This document shows, one piece after another, positions 33,596 through 42,591 of a stretch of DNA of 64,000 bases. The position numbers were made by a program, and so were the translations under genes. The notes under the pieces are model-generated. The model saw nothing but the letters and a program-made list of their open reading frames with translations, searched no databases and was not told the origin of the DNA. The DNA comes from Polyangiales bacterium (GTDB taxonomy: Bacteria > Myxococcota_A > Polyangia > Polyangiales > Polyangiaceae), in contig JBBRLQ010000001.1 in assembly GCA_038231275.1 (NCBI GenBank), forward strand, positions 128,001-192,000, read 5' to 3'. Position 1 is the stretch's first letter; each line of letters opens with the position of its first letter.

Positions 33596-35509
33596 GTGCC
33601 CCCGCGCGCCGTCGTCATTCCGTTCGGCGTCCCCGAGGACAGTCGTGGCCTCGGCCTCGGCCTCGCCGCGCTCGTTCACTCGTTCGCGCGCCTCGACGGC
33701 GAGACGCTGGCGCTCGCGCAGCTGCAGGGCAAGAAGAAGGACGCTCCCGAGGAAGCAGCGCCCGAGCCGGTCGAGGCGTTCATTCCTCCGCAGACGTGGC
33801 GCGACATGGCGGGCGCTGGGCAAGCGCCGACGGACGTGTCGCTCGTCCTGACCGGATCGTTCGAGCCGCCGAGCGAAGGACGCGGCCTCATTCAGCTGCT
33901 CGCGTTCGACGCGAAAGACGGCACGCCGCGCGGGCGCGTGGAAGCGCACGTCGATGGGCGACACGCCGGCAAGGCGATCCTCGCGGCGCTCTGCGATCTC
34001 TGGATCAAGATGGGCGGCGGCGAGATCGGCACCGTTCGCGACATCGAGGACCTTCCGTGGGACGCGCTCGAGAGCGTGCTCCGCGCAGAGCGCTGTGTCT
34101 TGTTCGATCCGAAGAAGGGCGGACCGTTCGATCGCCTCGCGGCGATGATGCACCTCGGGCGCGCCGTCGAGGACGCGCCGGACGCGCGTTTTCCGGCAGG
34201 ACGACTCGCCGCGATCGCGCTCGACACGGCCGCGAGTGCCGCGGCCGGAGACCCCAAGCTCGCCGACGCTGCACGTCGCGCGCTGGCCCGGGCGATCGTC
34301 GACGCGCCGACCAGGATCGAGCTGCTGGAGGCGACTGCGGCGCTCGATCTCCGGCTCGGTGACGCCGACAGCGCCGCGCGCCGCCTCGCGCAGGCGCTCG
34401 AGCTCGACGGGAAGCGCCCGCGGACGCACGCGCTGCTCAGCGAGGCGCGGCGCGCAAAGCGCGATCTGGACGGCGCGCTCGACGCCGTCCACCGCGGAAT
34501 GGCGCACGCTCCCGACGATCCCATCCTGCTCACCGAACGTGGCGCGGTCCTCCTGGAGCGCGGCGACGTGGAGGCCGCGGAGACCGACTGGCGCCAGGTC
34601 CTCGCCCGGGCGCCGCTCTTTCCATCGGCATTTCTCGGGCTCGCGGGCGCGGCGCAGAAGAGGGGCGACGGCCGCGCGTGCGAAGACCTCGTCGATCAAG
34701 TCCTCCTCGCGCCGGACGCGCACCCCGAGGTGCTCAAGAGGGCGATCCATCTCTCGCTCGCGCTCGAGCCCGACGGCATCCCGCGCGCCGCACGCTTGGC
34801 GCGCCTCGGCGGCGCGCTGCTCGAGAAGCTGCCCGCCGATCCGTGGGGCTCGTTCGTGCTCGCGCGCGCGAAGGCCCAGCTCGGCGAGAAGGCCGAGGCT
34901 GCGCGCCTGCTCGTCGCAGCCGAAGCGATCGCGCCGGGGACGACGCTCGCGGCGGAGGCGCAGCGCGGTCGCTTCGCGCTCGAGCACCCGCACGCCGCGG
35001 AGGAGCTCGAGTCTTTGCTCCGCGCCGCATACTCGGCGGGGCCGGACGATCTCGACGCCCTCGCGGCACGAGGACGACGACTCGCCGCCGAGCACCGCCT
35101 CTGGGCGACGCACTTTGCCGTCGGCCTGGTCGAACGCCGCCGCGAGCGTTGGGCGCCGGCCCGCGCCGCGTTCGAAGCGGCGATCGCGGCGTCAGCCGGG
35201 TGCACGCCCGCGCACCTCGAGCTGGTGGCGGTGGCGCTTGCCACGAAGGACGCGGAGGCGGCGCTCGTGCACGCGGCGAAGGCGACGGAGCTCGAGGGCG
35301 AGACGCCGCGGACCCTCGCGGTGACCGCGACGGCGCTGCTCGCCGCCGGACGAGGCGACGACGCTCTCGCCACGATCGCGCGCGCGCTCGTGCTCGATCC
35401 GAAGGACGACGCGGCGAGGCGCCTCCGCGAGCGCATCATCGCCGGCGATCCCCCGCCGGAGGGACCGCTCGCCCGCATTCGCGACACGCTCACGCGGTGG
35501 TGGAAGTAG
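33596..35509 (+). CDS. TPR-repeat protein
   Basis: Multiple 34-aa Ala/Leu-rich TPR-like repeats. Confidence 0.75.
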   Translation: MPPRAVVIPFGVPEDSRGLGLGLAALVHSFARLDGETLALAQLQGKKKDAPEEAAPEPVEAFIPPQTWRDMAGAGQAPTDVSLVLTGSFEPPSEGRGLIQLLAFDAKDGTPRGRVEAHVDGRHAGKAILAALCDLWIKMGGGEIGTVRDIEDLPWDALESVLRAERCVLFDPKKGGPFDRLAAMMHLGRAVEDAPDARFPAGRLAAIALDTAASAAAGDPKLADAARRALARAIVDAPTRIELLEATAALDLRLGDADSAARRLAQALELDGKRPRTHALLSEARRAKRDLDGALDAVHRGMAHAPDDPILLTERGAVLLERGDVEAAETDWRQVLARAPLFPSAFLGLAGAAQKRGDGRACEDLVDQVLLAPDAHPEVLKRAIHLSLALEPDGIPRAARLARLGGALLEKLPADPWGSFVLARAKAQLGEKAEAARLLVAAEAIAPGTTLAAEAQRGRFALEHPHAAEELESLLRAAYSAGPDDLDALAARGRRLAAEHRLWATHFAVGLVERRRERWAPARAAFEAAIAASAGCTPAHLELVAVALATKDAEAALVHAAKATELEGETPRTLAVTATALLAAGRGDDALATIARALVLDPKDDAARRLRERIIAGDPPPEGPLARIRDTLTRWWK

Positions 35510-36179
35510 CGCGCGCGCCGAAGATCGCCGTCCCGACGCGTACGAGCGTCGCCCCGCACGCCACCGCGATCTCCAGATCGCTCGTCATCCCCATCGACAG
35601 CTCCGGCAACATCGACGCGCCGCCGTGGAGGTTACGCAGCGTGACCAGCGTCTCGAAGACCGCGCGCGCAGCGGCGAGATCGTCGACCGGTGGCAACGTC
35701 ATGAGGCCTCGGAGGACCAGCTCCGGCTCGGCCTTTACCGCCGCGAGCACCTCGGCGAGCTCGGTCGGCGACGCGCCGTGCTTCTGCGCCTCGCCCGCGA
35801 CGTTCACCTCCACGAGCACCGGCATCGTGCGCCCGACCGCGCGGAGGCGTTTTCCGAGCTCGCGCGCCAGCACTGCACTGTCCACGGTGTGCACGACGTG
35901 CGCGGCGCGCGCGACGAGCTTCGCCTTGTTCGTCTGGAGGTGACCGATGAAGTGCCACTCGATGTCGGGCAGATCCGCGAGCTCTCGCGCCTTCTGATCG
36001 AGCTCCTGCGCGTAGTTCTCGCCGAACGCACGCTGCCCGGCGGCGTAGGCCTCGCGCACTGCCGCGGCCGGCTTGGTCTTCGACACGGCCACGAGGCGCA
36101 CGCTCGCCGGATCGCGCCCGGCCGCCGTCGCCGCGCGATCGATGCGGGCGCGAACCTCGGCGAGCGCGGCGGCGATCAC
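35490..36179 (-). CDS. yggS: PLP homeostasis protein
   Basis: LVAVSKTKP, FGENYAQE, WHFIGHLQTNK, LSMGMTSD, VRVGTAIFG. Confidence 0.96.
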   Translation of the reverse strand: MIAAALAEVRARIDRAATAAGRDPASVRLVAVSKTKPAAAVREAYAAGQRAFGENYAQELDQKARELADLPDIEWHFIGHLQTNKAKLVARAAHVVHTVDSAVLARELGKRLRAVGRTMPVLVEVNVAGEAQKHGASPTELAEVLAAVKAEPELVLRGLMTLPPVDDLAAARAVFETLVTLRNLHGGASMLPELSMGMTSDLEIAVACGATLVRVGTAIFGARATSTTA

Positions 36180-37024
36180 CGACGCCTCCAGCCGCGCCTC
36201 GGCCTCGCGTGCCAGACCATGACGTCGCTCGAACGATCGAGCGGCCCGCCGTAGAAATCTCCGCTCACCTTGTCGACGTCGAAGCCGTTGTAGTGGAGGA
36301 GGGCCTCCCACTCGCGCGGGAAATACTGCCGATGGGCGAGCGGCGTCATCCATGCGCGCTCGGCGTGGCCGACCGGCGAGAACTCCATCGACACGAACAG
36401 CACCTGGCGGACGCGATCGTAGTCGAAGTGCTCCTGGTAGCTCACGAGCTCGCCCGTCGTCGCGTGGCGGAAGCGCGGCGCCTTGTACGCGCGCGTCGGC
36501 TCGCGCAGGAGATCCTGCATGACGGGCACCGAGAGATCGACGACGAGCTCGCCGTTGGGCGTCACGTGATCGTGGACGCGCGCGAGGAACGCCTCGACGT
36601 CGGTGCGAGTGTAGAGGTGGAGCGCCGTATTGAACGGGCAGAGGACGAGCGGGAATCGCTTCTTCAGGCGTGCGCTCCGCATGTCGCCCTGACGAAGCGT
36701 GACGCGAGCGCGAACGGCCGCGGGCTCGTCGGCGAGGCGCGCGCGGAGATCGTCGAGCATGGCGGGCGAATGATCGACGCCGGTGACCGTCAGGCCGTGC
36801 CGCGCCATCGCGAGCGCGATGCGGCCGTTTCCGACGCCATATTCGAGCACCGGCCCACCGTGCTTCGTCGCGTGGGCGACGTAAAATTGCACGTCGTCGA
36901 TGCGACGCCGGTACGTGGCCGTGTAGTACGTCGGATCTTCGTAGTGCGCGCGCGCGCCTGCTTCGAGCTCGCGATCGGCGCCGAGCGTTCCTTCGGTGCG
37001 GCGGCCTCGCGGCCGACCGGTCAC
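36176..37024 (-). CDS. Class I SAM-dependent methyltransferase
   Basis: [10 protein letters not shown] motif [15 protein letters not shown]. Confidence 0.88.
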   Translation of the reverse strand: MTGRPRGRRTEGTLGADRELEAGARAHYEDPTYYTATYRRRIDDVQFYVAHATKHGGPVLEYGVGNGRIALAMARHGLTVTGVDHSPAMLDDLRARLADEPAAVRARVTLRQGDMRSARLKKRFPLVLCPFNTALHLYTRTDVEAFLARVHDHVTPNGELVVDLSVPVMQDLLREPTRAYKAPRFRHATTGELVSYQEHFDYDRVRQVLFVSMEFSPVGHAERAWMTPLAHRQYFPREWEALLHYNGFDVDKVSGDFYGGPLDRSSDVMVWHARPRRGWRRR

Positions 37025-37263
37025 ATCAGGCCGGCTTTGATCTGCCCGTCGATCCACTCCTGAACGACCTCGTTGCTCGTGCGGTCGAAGTGGACCTTGC
37101 CGGCGGCGATCTCGCGGAGCGCCGTGACGGCGGCCTTGTTCTTCGAGTGAACGAGCGGGTGCGCACCCTTCATGAGCTGGCGGCAGCGGTGGGCAGCAAG
37201 GATGACGAGGGCAAAGCGGTTCTCCTCACGCTCCAGGCAATCTTCGACGGTAACGCGTGCCAT
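37021..37263 (-). CDS. rpoZ: RNA polymerase omega subunit
   Basis: [32 protein letters not shown]. Confidence 0.97.
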   Translation of the reverse strand: MARVTVEDCLEREENRFALVILAAHRCRQLMKGAHPLVHSKNKAAVTALREIAAGKVHFDRTSNEVVQEWIDGQIKAGLM

Positions 37264-37289
37264 TTCGGGTGCTCCTTCAGGGACGCGGC

Positions 37290-37318
37290 ACCTTAGTCGG
37301 CCACGCGCGTTCGGGCAA
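37290..37318 (-). promoter_or_regulatory. Sigma70-type promoter of rpoZ operon
   Basis: On the minus strand, TTGCCC-17 bp-TAAGGT, followed by a GAAGGAG RBS. Confidence 0.6.
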
Positions 37319-37359
37319 GCGTTGCGAAGTTACGCGGAACTTCTGGCGATTCTGCACGG

Positions 37360-37893
37360 TTACGCGTGGGCGCGGCCTCTCGCGGGCGGAGCGGCGTCCT
37401 CTTCCAGCACGGCAGCGAGAGCGCGGAGGGCGTCGCCGGTCGTGAAGATCCCAACGATTTTCATGCCGTCGATGACGACCGCGCAGCCGTACTTCCGCTC
37501 GGCCATGTGGGCGACCACCTCCCCGAGCGGCGCGCTCGGCGGAACGAAATACGGCTCCGGCGTCATCGCCTCCGCGACGCAGACCTCGGCCGGGTCGACG
37601 TCACGCAGCGTCTCGATGAAGCGCAGATCCCGATCGGTCACGATGCCGACGAGGACGCCCCGGTCGAGGACCGGCAAGTGGCGCACGCGCCGCTGTCTCA
37701 TGAGCTGGCGCGCGCCGATCAGGTGGAGCGCCTCGCCGCCGGTCTGCGCACGCACGCGCTGGCGGAAGAGAATGGCCTCTACGCGTGGGCCGAAGCCGAG
37801 CTGCCCGAGACGACGCGCGGCGCGGTCCTGCTGAAGCTGCGTGAGCGGCTGGCCGCGCTTGCAGGCCCGTGAACGTGGCGGCGATGCGCGCAC
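37360..37893 (-). CDS. CBS domain protein (start uncertain)
   Basis: VRHLPVLDRGVLVGIVTDRD, MTPEP, GCAVV..VGIFTTGD. Confidence 0.8.
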   Translation of the reverse strand: MRASPPRSRACKRGQPLTQLQQDRAARRLGQLGFGPRVEAILFRQRVRAQTGGEALHLIGARQLMRQRRVRHLPVLDRGVLVGIVTDRDLRFIETLRDVDPAEVCVAEAMTPEPYFVPPSAPLGEVVAHMAERKYGCAVVIDGMKIVGIFTTGDALRALAAVLEEDAAPPARGRAHA

Positions 37894-37964
37894 GCGTTGC
37901 GTCTTCGCGCATCGCCTGCGTGGGCGCGCGCGGCGCGCGTGCTGCGGGCGTGCGCGTTCTCACG

Positions 37965-37980
37965 TGGCACGCGTTTCGCT
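37965..37980 (+). promoter_or_regulatory. Putative sigma54 (-24/-12) promoter of usp gene
   Basis: TGGCACGCGTTTCGCT has GG-N10-GC spacing; GGAGG RBS at 37996-38000. Confidence 0.6.
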
Positions 37981-38006
37981 CTCTGTAGCGGGATTGGAGG
38001 CACGTC

Positions 38007-38633
38007 ATGGGAACCCGGAACACCACCACCGAGCGCATGAAGATCGTCGTGGGCATCGACTTCTCGGAGACCAGCGAGCAAGCGCTGCGCGTCGCCGTGA
38101 ACCTCGCGCGCTCGTCGGGCATGGCCGAGGTGCACCTCGTGAACGTCCTCGCGCCGCCGGTCGGCGGGACCGAGTTTGCTCCCCTCGTCGACGTCAGCGA
38201 GCAGACGGTGAATGCGCAGCGACAGCTCGCGGACAGCCTGGAGAGCCTCGCGGGCGTGCCGGGCGTCTTTGCCTTCTCCCACGTGCTGGTGGGAAATCCG
38301 CAGAAGGAGCTGCCGCGGGTCGCCGACGAGCTCGAAGCGGATCTGATCGTCGTCGGTACCCACGGGCGACGCGGCGTCGACCGCATGGTCTTCGGGTCGG
38401 TGGCGGAGCACGTGGTGCGAACCGCTCCCTGTTCGGTATTGACGGTTCGACCCAGGCCGCCCACCGCGGCGTCCACGATCGAGCCGGCGTGCGCCGAGTG
38501 CGCGGCCGTCGTGGCGAAGACCGAAGGTCGTGAGCACCGCTGCGCCACCCACGCGCACCCCGCCGCGCGGCCGCACACGTACTCCGAGATGCCCCCGAGC
38601 TTCGGGCTCGGCTCGATGAACTTGCGCTTCTGA
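38007..38633 (+). CDS. Universal stress protein with C-terminal Cys/His extension
   Basis: IVVGIDFSETS, DLIVVGTHGRRG, GSVAEHVVRTAPCSVL; tail CAEC...CATH. Confidence 0.9.
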   Translation: MGTRNTTTERMKIVVGIDFSETSEQALRVAVNLARSSGMAEVHLVNVLAPPVGGTEFAPLVDVSEQTVNAQRQLADSLESLAGVPGVFAFSHVLVGNPQKELPRVADELEADLIVVGTHGRRGVDRMVFGSVAEHVVRTAPCSVLTVRPRPPTAASTIEPACAECAAVVAKTEGREHRCATHAHPAARPHTYSEMPPSFGLGSMNLRF

Positions 38634-38646
38634 GAGGGGTCGGCGG

Positions 38647-40704
38647 CTATTCGACCGCGAACATGCGGACGGTGCGCGGCGGCACCTCCACGGTGAACGA
38701 GCCGGACACCTTGGTGATGCGCGTGTCGGCGCGCAGCAGATCGACGAGCGACGACGCCTCGCCGAGGGAGACGCGCGCGGTCACCTTGCCGGCGGTAGGG
38801 TTCAGCACGAACGCGACCTTGGCCACGCCGCTCGCGTCCTCGTGCACCGAAACGTGGACGTCCGCCGGATCGACGGGGTACGTCGGAAGACCGAGCTCCT
38901 CGATGCGACGCCCCACCAGCGCGTCGGCGCGCGCGACGTCGTCCAGCGGCTCCACCTCGAGGCCGCGAACGTCGTGGGGGCTGCCGAGGAGGCGCATCGA
39001 TCCGTCGCGCTCGGGGACGTGCGGACCGATCGTGACCGCCGCGCCTGCCTCGTGCGCCGCCCGTAGCCAGGTGAAGAAGTCCTCCTTGATGCCGCCCGCG
39101 GTCGCGCACACGATCCACCGCGCGCCGCGCGTGCTGACCTGCACGCTGTCGCCACCTGCGTACGCGAAGGGCACGCCGCGCGCGTTGAGCGCCCGCTCGA
39201 ACGCGCGCAGGTACGCCTCGCCGGCGATCGTCGCCACTTCGCCGAGGCCGAGCTCGTCCTCGAGGCAGCTCTCCTGGAAGCCAGAGCCCATGATGTTGAA
39301 CGCCGCCGGCGAGACCGGCCCGAACGCGTGCGTCGCGCGCGCGAGGCGACGAAGCGAGCGCGGCACGACGAGGCGCACGGGCGCGCGGCGCATGAGCGCG
39401 TGGAAGCGCGTGTGCTCCAGCGCCTGCACCAGCGAGCGGTAGCGATCGGCGAGCACGCGCGGGCGACCGTGACGATCGATCGGCGCGCCGACCCAGCGAT
39501 CGCGCTCGACGGCCATGTACAGGTTGAACCCCCGGAGGCCGTATGCCATCGCGCACATGAGGGTGTAGAGCGAGTCCTCGTCGTCGAGCGGCGCGAAGAA
39601 CGGCGGAAACCCCGCGCCGACCTCGGCGCCGAACGGCGGCGCGCCGAGCCCCTCGCATCGCGACGCGAGCTCGGTGGTGCGCCGCATGTTGGTCGTGTGA
39701 TGGAGCGGCGTCGCCGGGTGGTAGTAGTCGAGGCCGATCAGGTCCACGACCTTCCCCATGCGCCCTGCGTTGAGCGGCGTCGCCGCCTCGCCGAGCGGGA
39801 AGTTGTGCATCGTCGGCAGCTCCGACAAGCCGGCCTCTTCGAGCGACTTGGAGAAGCGCCCCATCGCGCTCGTGAGGAGGTGCTCGTGGAACTCCATCCA
39901 GTCCATGTGGCGCGCGAGATCCGTCGCGCGCTTGGCGTCGAAGCGATGCGGCGGCGACAGCGTCTCGAAGCGCACCTTCGGCTCGTCCCACGCGGCGCGC
40001 AGCGCGCGCACATGCTTGTATTTTACACGCAAAAACGTGCGGAAGAGCCGGATGGCGTCGGGGTGGTAGTCCTGATCGTAGGCGCCGTCGCGGAAGTAGA
40101 GCGCGCCCTCGTTGTCGATCTGGACCATCACGATCGGCCCCTCGGGATGACGGAGGGGCGCGAGGACCTCGGCGACCGCGCGGAACCAGCGCGCCGTCTC
40201 TTCGTGGAAGAGATCGCTCGCGTAGCTCGGCACCGGGAAGGCGACCGGGATCATCGGGAGCATGACGGGGTTGTCGCGCGGTGTGCGCGCCTGGCACTCG
40301 CGATCCCACGCGATGCGCTCGGGCAACCCGAAGTACGTCAGCTCCGCGTTGATGTGGGGGCCGGGCCGCACGACGACCTTGAGCCCTCGCTCGCCGCACA
40401 TACGGACGAATCGCGCGACGTCGAGCCCCGCGTCCTTCTCGCCGAAATCGAATCTCCCCGGCGCGAGCTCGTGCACGCCCCACGGCACGTAGGTGTCGAC
40501 GAAACGCAGGCCCATCGCCTTCATCGCGTCGAGGCACGGTCCCCACGCCTCGGGCGGGTGACGCCAGTAATGCATCGCGCCGCCGTAGAGAGGGAACGAC
40601 TCGGCGACCCCTTCGAGGAGCAACCCCTCGGGGTGGACGCGGGCGCGGACGCGGCGCGGGGCGTGCTCGGGCTCTTCCTTGGACGGGGTGAAGGGCTCGT
40701 TCAC
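38647..40704 (-). CDS. Beta-galactosidase-like glycoside hydrolase (GH35/GH42-like)
   Basis: GGAMHYWR, TYVPWGVHE, RPGPHINAE, VQIDNE. Confidence 0.85.
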   Translation of the reverse strand: MNEPFTPSKEEPEHAPRRVRARVHPEGLLLEGVAESFPLYGGAMHYWRHPPEAWGPCLDAMKAMGLRFVDTYVPWGVHELAPGRFDFGEKDAGLDVARFVRMCGERGLKVVVRPGPHINAELTYFGLPERIAWDRECQARTPRDNPVMLPMIPVAFPVPSYASDLFHEETARWFRAVAEVLAPLRHPEGPIVMVQIDNEGALYFRDGAYDQDYHPDAIRLFRTFLRVKYKHVRALRAAWDEPKVRFETLSPPHRFDAKRATDLARHMDWMEFHEHLLTSAMGRFSKSLEEAGLSELPTMHNFPLGEAATPLNAGRMGKVVDLIGLDYYHPATPLHHTTNMRRTTELASRCEGLGAPPFGAEVGAGFPPFFAPLDDEDSLYTLMCAMAYGLRGFNLYMAVERDRWVGAPIDRHGRPRVLADRYRSLVQALEHTRFHALMRRAPVRLVVPRSLRRLARATHAFGPVSPAAFNIMGSGFQESCLEDELGLGEVATIAGEAYLRAFERALNARGVPFAYAGGDSVQVSTRGARWIVCATAGGIKEDFFTWLRAAHEAGAAVTIGPHVPERDGSMRLLGSPHDVRGLEVEPLDDVARADALVGRRIEELGLPTYPVDPADVHVSVHEDASGVAKVAFVLNPTAGKVTARVSLGEASSLVDLLRADTRITKVSGSFTVEVPPRTVRMFAVE

Positions 40705-40786
40705 GGAGAGGTCTTGCTACCTCATTGTGACGGAGCGGGGAAGGAGCGGGAGCGCGAGGGACGCATATCGCGGCAGACGATCGGGA

Positions 40787-41818
40787 TCAGGCCTCGTCAG
40801 GAAGCGCTCGGTGCAAGATATCGCTGAGCGTTTCCATATCGCGATCGCCCTTGAGGTGGGCGAGCGCGTGCTTGACCTTGGCGACGGTCGGCGTCACGAA
40901 TTTCAGGAACGCGCGGTTGTTCTTCACGCGATCGATGAAGACGAAGCGACCGGCGTCCTTCAGCTTTCGCTGAACGGTGACGCGATCGAACTGGTGGCCG
41001 AGCTCGACGCGCTCGGCGGTCCCGAGCTTCGCGCGCGCAGCGAACTCGTCGAGGCGCGCTTCGACGAACGCGCGATCGAACTCCTGGTAGCTGTCGTTGA
41101 GGAGCGCGACGAGATCGTAGACGCGCGGCCCCATGAGCGCGTCCTGGAAATCGATCCAGACGAGACGGTCCTTTTTCACCATCAAGTTGCGCGACTGGTA
41201 ATCGCGGTGCACGAAGCCGCGCGACCAGCCCGCGATCTGGCGCGCGAGGCGATCGCCGATCGCGTCGAACTCCGCGCGGTCCTCCGGCGAGAGCGCCTTG
41301 CCGCGCGCGTCGAGGCCCCACTCGCGGAAGTGATCGATCTCCCAACGGAGCAGATCCTCGTCGAAGGCGCGGCCCGCGACCACCGACCAATGCGGCAGAT
41401 CGGCGAGCTTTTGCTGCGCGTCGGCGAGATCCTCAACCGCACGCGTGTAGAGTGCACGTTTGTCGCCGGGCTTCTCGAGGAGGTGGTTGGCGAGCGTCGC
41501 GTCGCCGAGGTCTTCGATGAGGAGCCAGCCGCGGTCGCAGTCCTCGCCGAGGATCGTCGGGACGAGGACGCCTCGACCCGAGAGGAGCTCTCGCACCTCG
41601 AGGAAGGGCCAGCGGGCGCGCGGCGCCTCCTTTTGGATCTCTTCGGGCTTCGCCCCCTCGGGCACGAACATGCCTACGGCTGTCCCACCGTCCGGCAACG
41701 CAACGCGGAAATACCGCCGGGTCGACGCGCCCCCCGGCATCGGCGTGACCTCGAGACGCGCACCTGGATGGAGGCGGCGCACGAGGTCTTCGAGCGGGCG
41801 CAGATCGGCGTCGGTCAT
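40787..41818 (-). CDS. APH-family phosphotransferase, AmgK-like anomeric MurNAc/GlcNAc kinase
   Basis: GGASTRRYFR, EDLGD, HRDYQSRNLM, IDFQDALMGP..YDLVALL, QRKLK. Confidence 0.8.
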   Translation of the reverse strand: MTDADLRPLEDLVRRLHPGARLEVTPMPGGASTRRYFRVALPDGGTAVGMFVPEGAKPEEIQKEAPRARWPFLEVRELLSGRGVLVPTILGEDCDRGWLLIEDLGDATLANHLLEKPGDKRALYTRAVEDLADAQQKLADLPHWSVVAGRAFDEDLLRWEIDHFREWGLDARGKALSPEDRAEFDAIGDRLARQIAGWSRGFVHRDYQSRNLMVKKDRLVWIDFQDALMGPRVYDLVALLNDSYQEFDRAFVEARLDEFAARAKLGTAERVELGHQFDRVTVQRKLKDAGRFVFIDRVKNNRAFLKFVTPTVAKVKHALAHLKGDRDMETLSDILHRALPDEA

Positions 41819-41872
41819 CGTCCCTTCTTAGCAAGCCCGCCGGGGCGCCTGCTACCCTCATGAGGACCCGAC

Positions 41873-42514
41873 ATGGCCGCCCTCCTCACGCCACCAGCGC
41901 TCCCGAGGATCGCCGAGATCGCGAAGAGCCTCGGAGCGGAGCTGCCGCCGGGCGCCGACGCGAAGCTCGCGACGTGGCTGGAGCAGATGGTGGCGTGGAA
42001 CGGCCGCGTGGATCTGACCGCGGCGCGGTCCACGGACGAGCTCGCGGATCTCATGCTGGCCGACGCAATGATGCTCGCCTCACGCGTCCCGCAGGGCGTG
42101 ACGGTGGTGGACGTCGGCACCGGGGCGGGCGCACCGGGTCTGGCGCTGGCGATCGCGCGTCCTGACTTGCGGGTCACCCTCGTCGAGCCGCTCGCCAAAC
42201 GCGTCGCGTTCCTTCGGACCGTCCTCGCCGCAATCGGCCGCGAGGACGTCGGGCTCCTCCGCATGAAGCTCGAGGAGCTGCGGACACGATTCGACGTGGC
42301 CATCGCGCGCGCCACGTTCCCGCCCACGGAGTGGCTGGCGCGCAGCTACGACGTCGTCTCGACACCCGACGGATGCGCGTGGGTGCTCCTCGCCAAGGAG
42401 AGCCCTCCCCAGGATCCCGACGCCACGTTGGTCGAAGATGTGGCGTACACGTGGCCGGCGACGGGCGCGCAGCGTCGCGCCGTCCGCTACACGTTCGGCG
42501 GAGCGGGTGCCTGA
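41873..42514 (+). CDS. rsmG: 16S rRNA m7G527 methyltransferase
   Basis: WNGRVDLTA, DVGTGAGAPG, VEPLAKRVAFL, ARA. Confidence 0.88.
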   Translation: MAALLTPPALPRIAEIAKSLGAELPPGADAKLATWLEQMVAWNGRVDLTAARSTDELADLMLADAMMLASRVPQGVTVVDVGTGAGAPGLALAIARPDLRVTLVEPLAKRVAFLRTVLAAIGREDVGLLRMKLEELRTRFDVAIARATFPPTEWLARSYDVVSTPDGCAWVLLAKESPPQDPDATLVEDVAYTWPATGAQRRAVRYTFGGAGA

Positions 42515-42591
42515 TCGGGCACACGGAGGTCAGGGCGAAAAGGGGCCACTTTCTTGGCCGAACGTGCCCTCGCGTGCGAGCGCTGGACACA

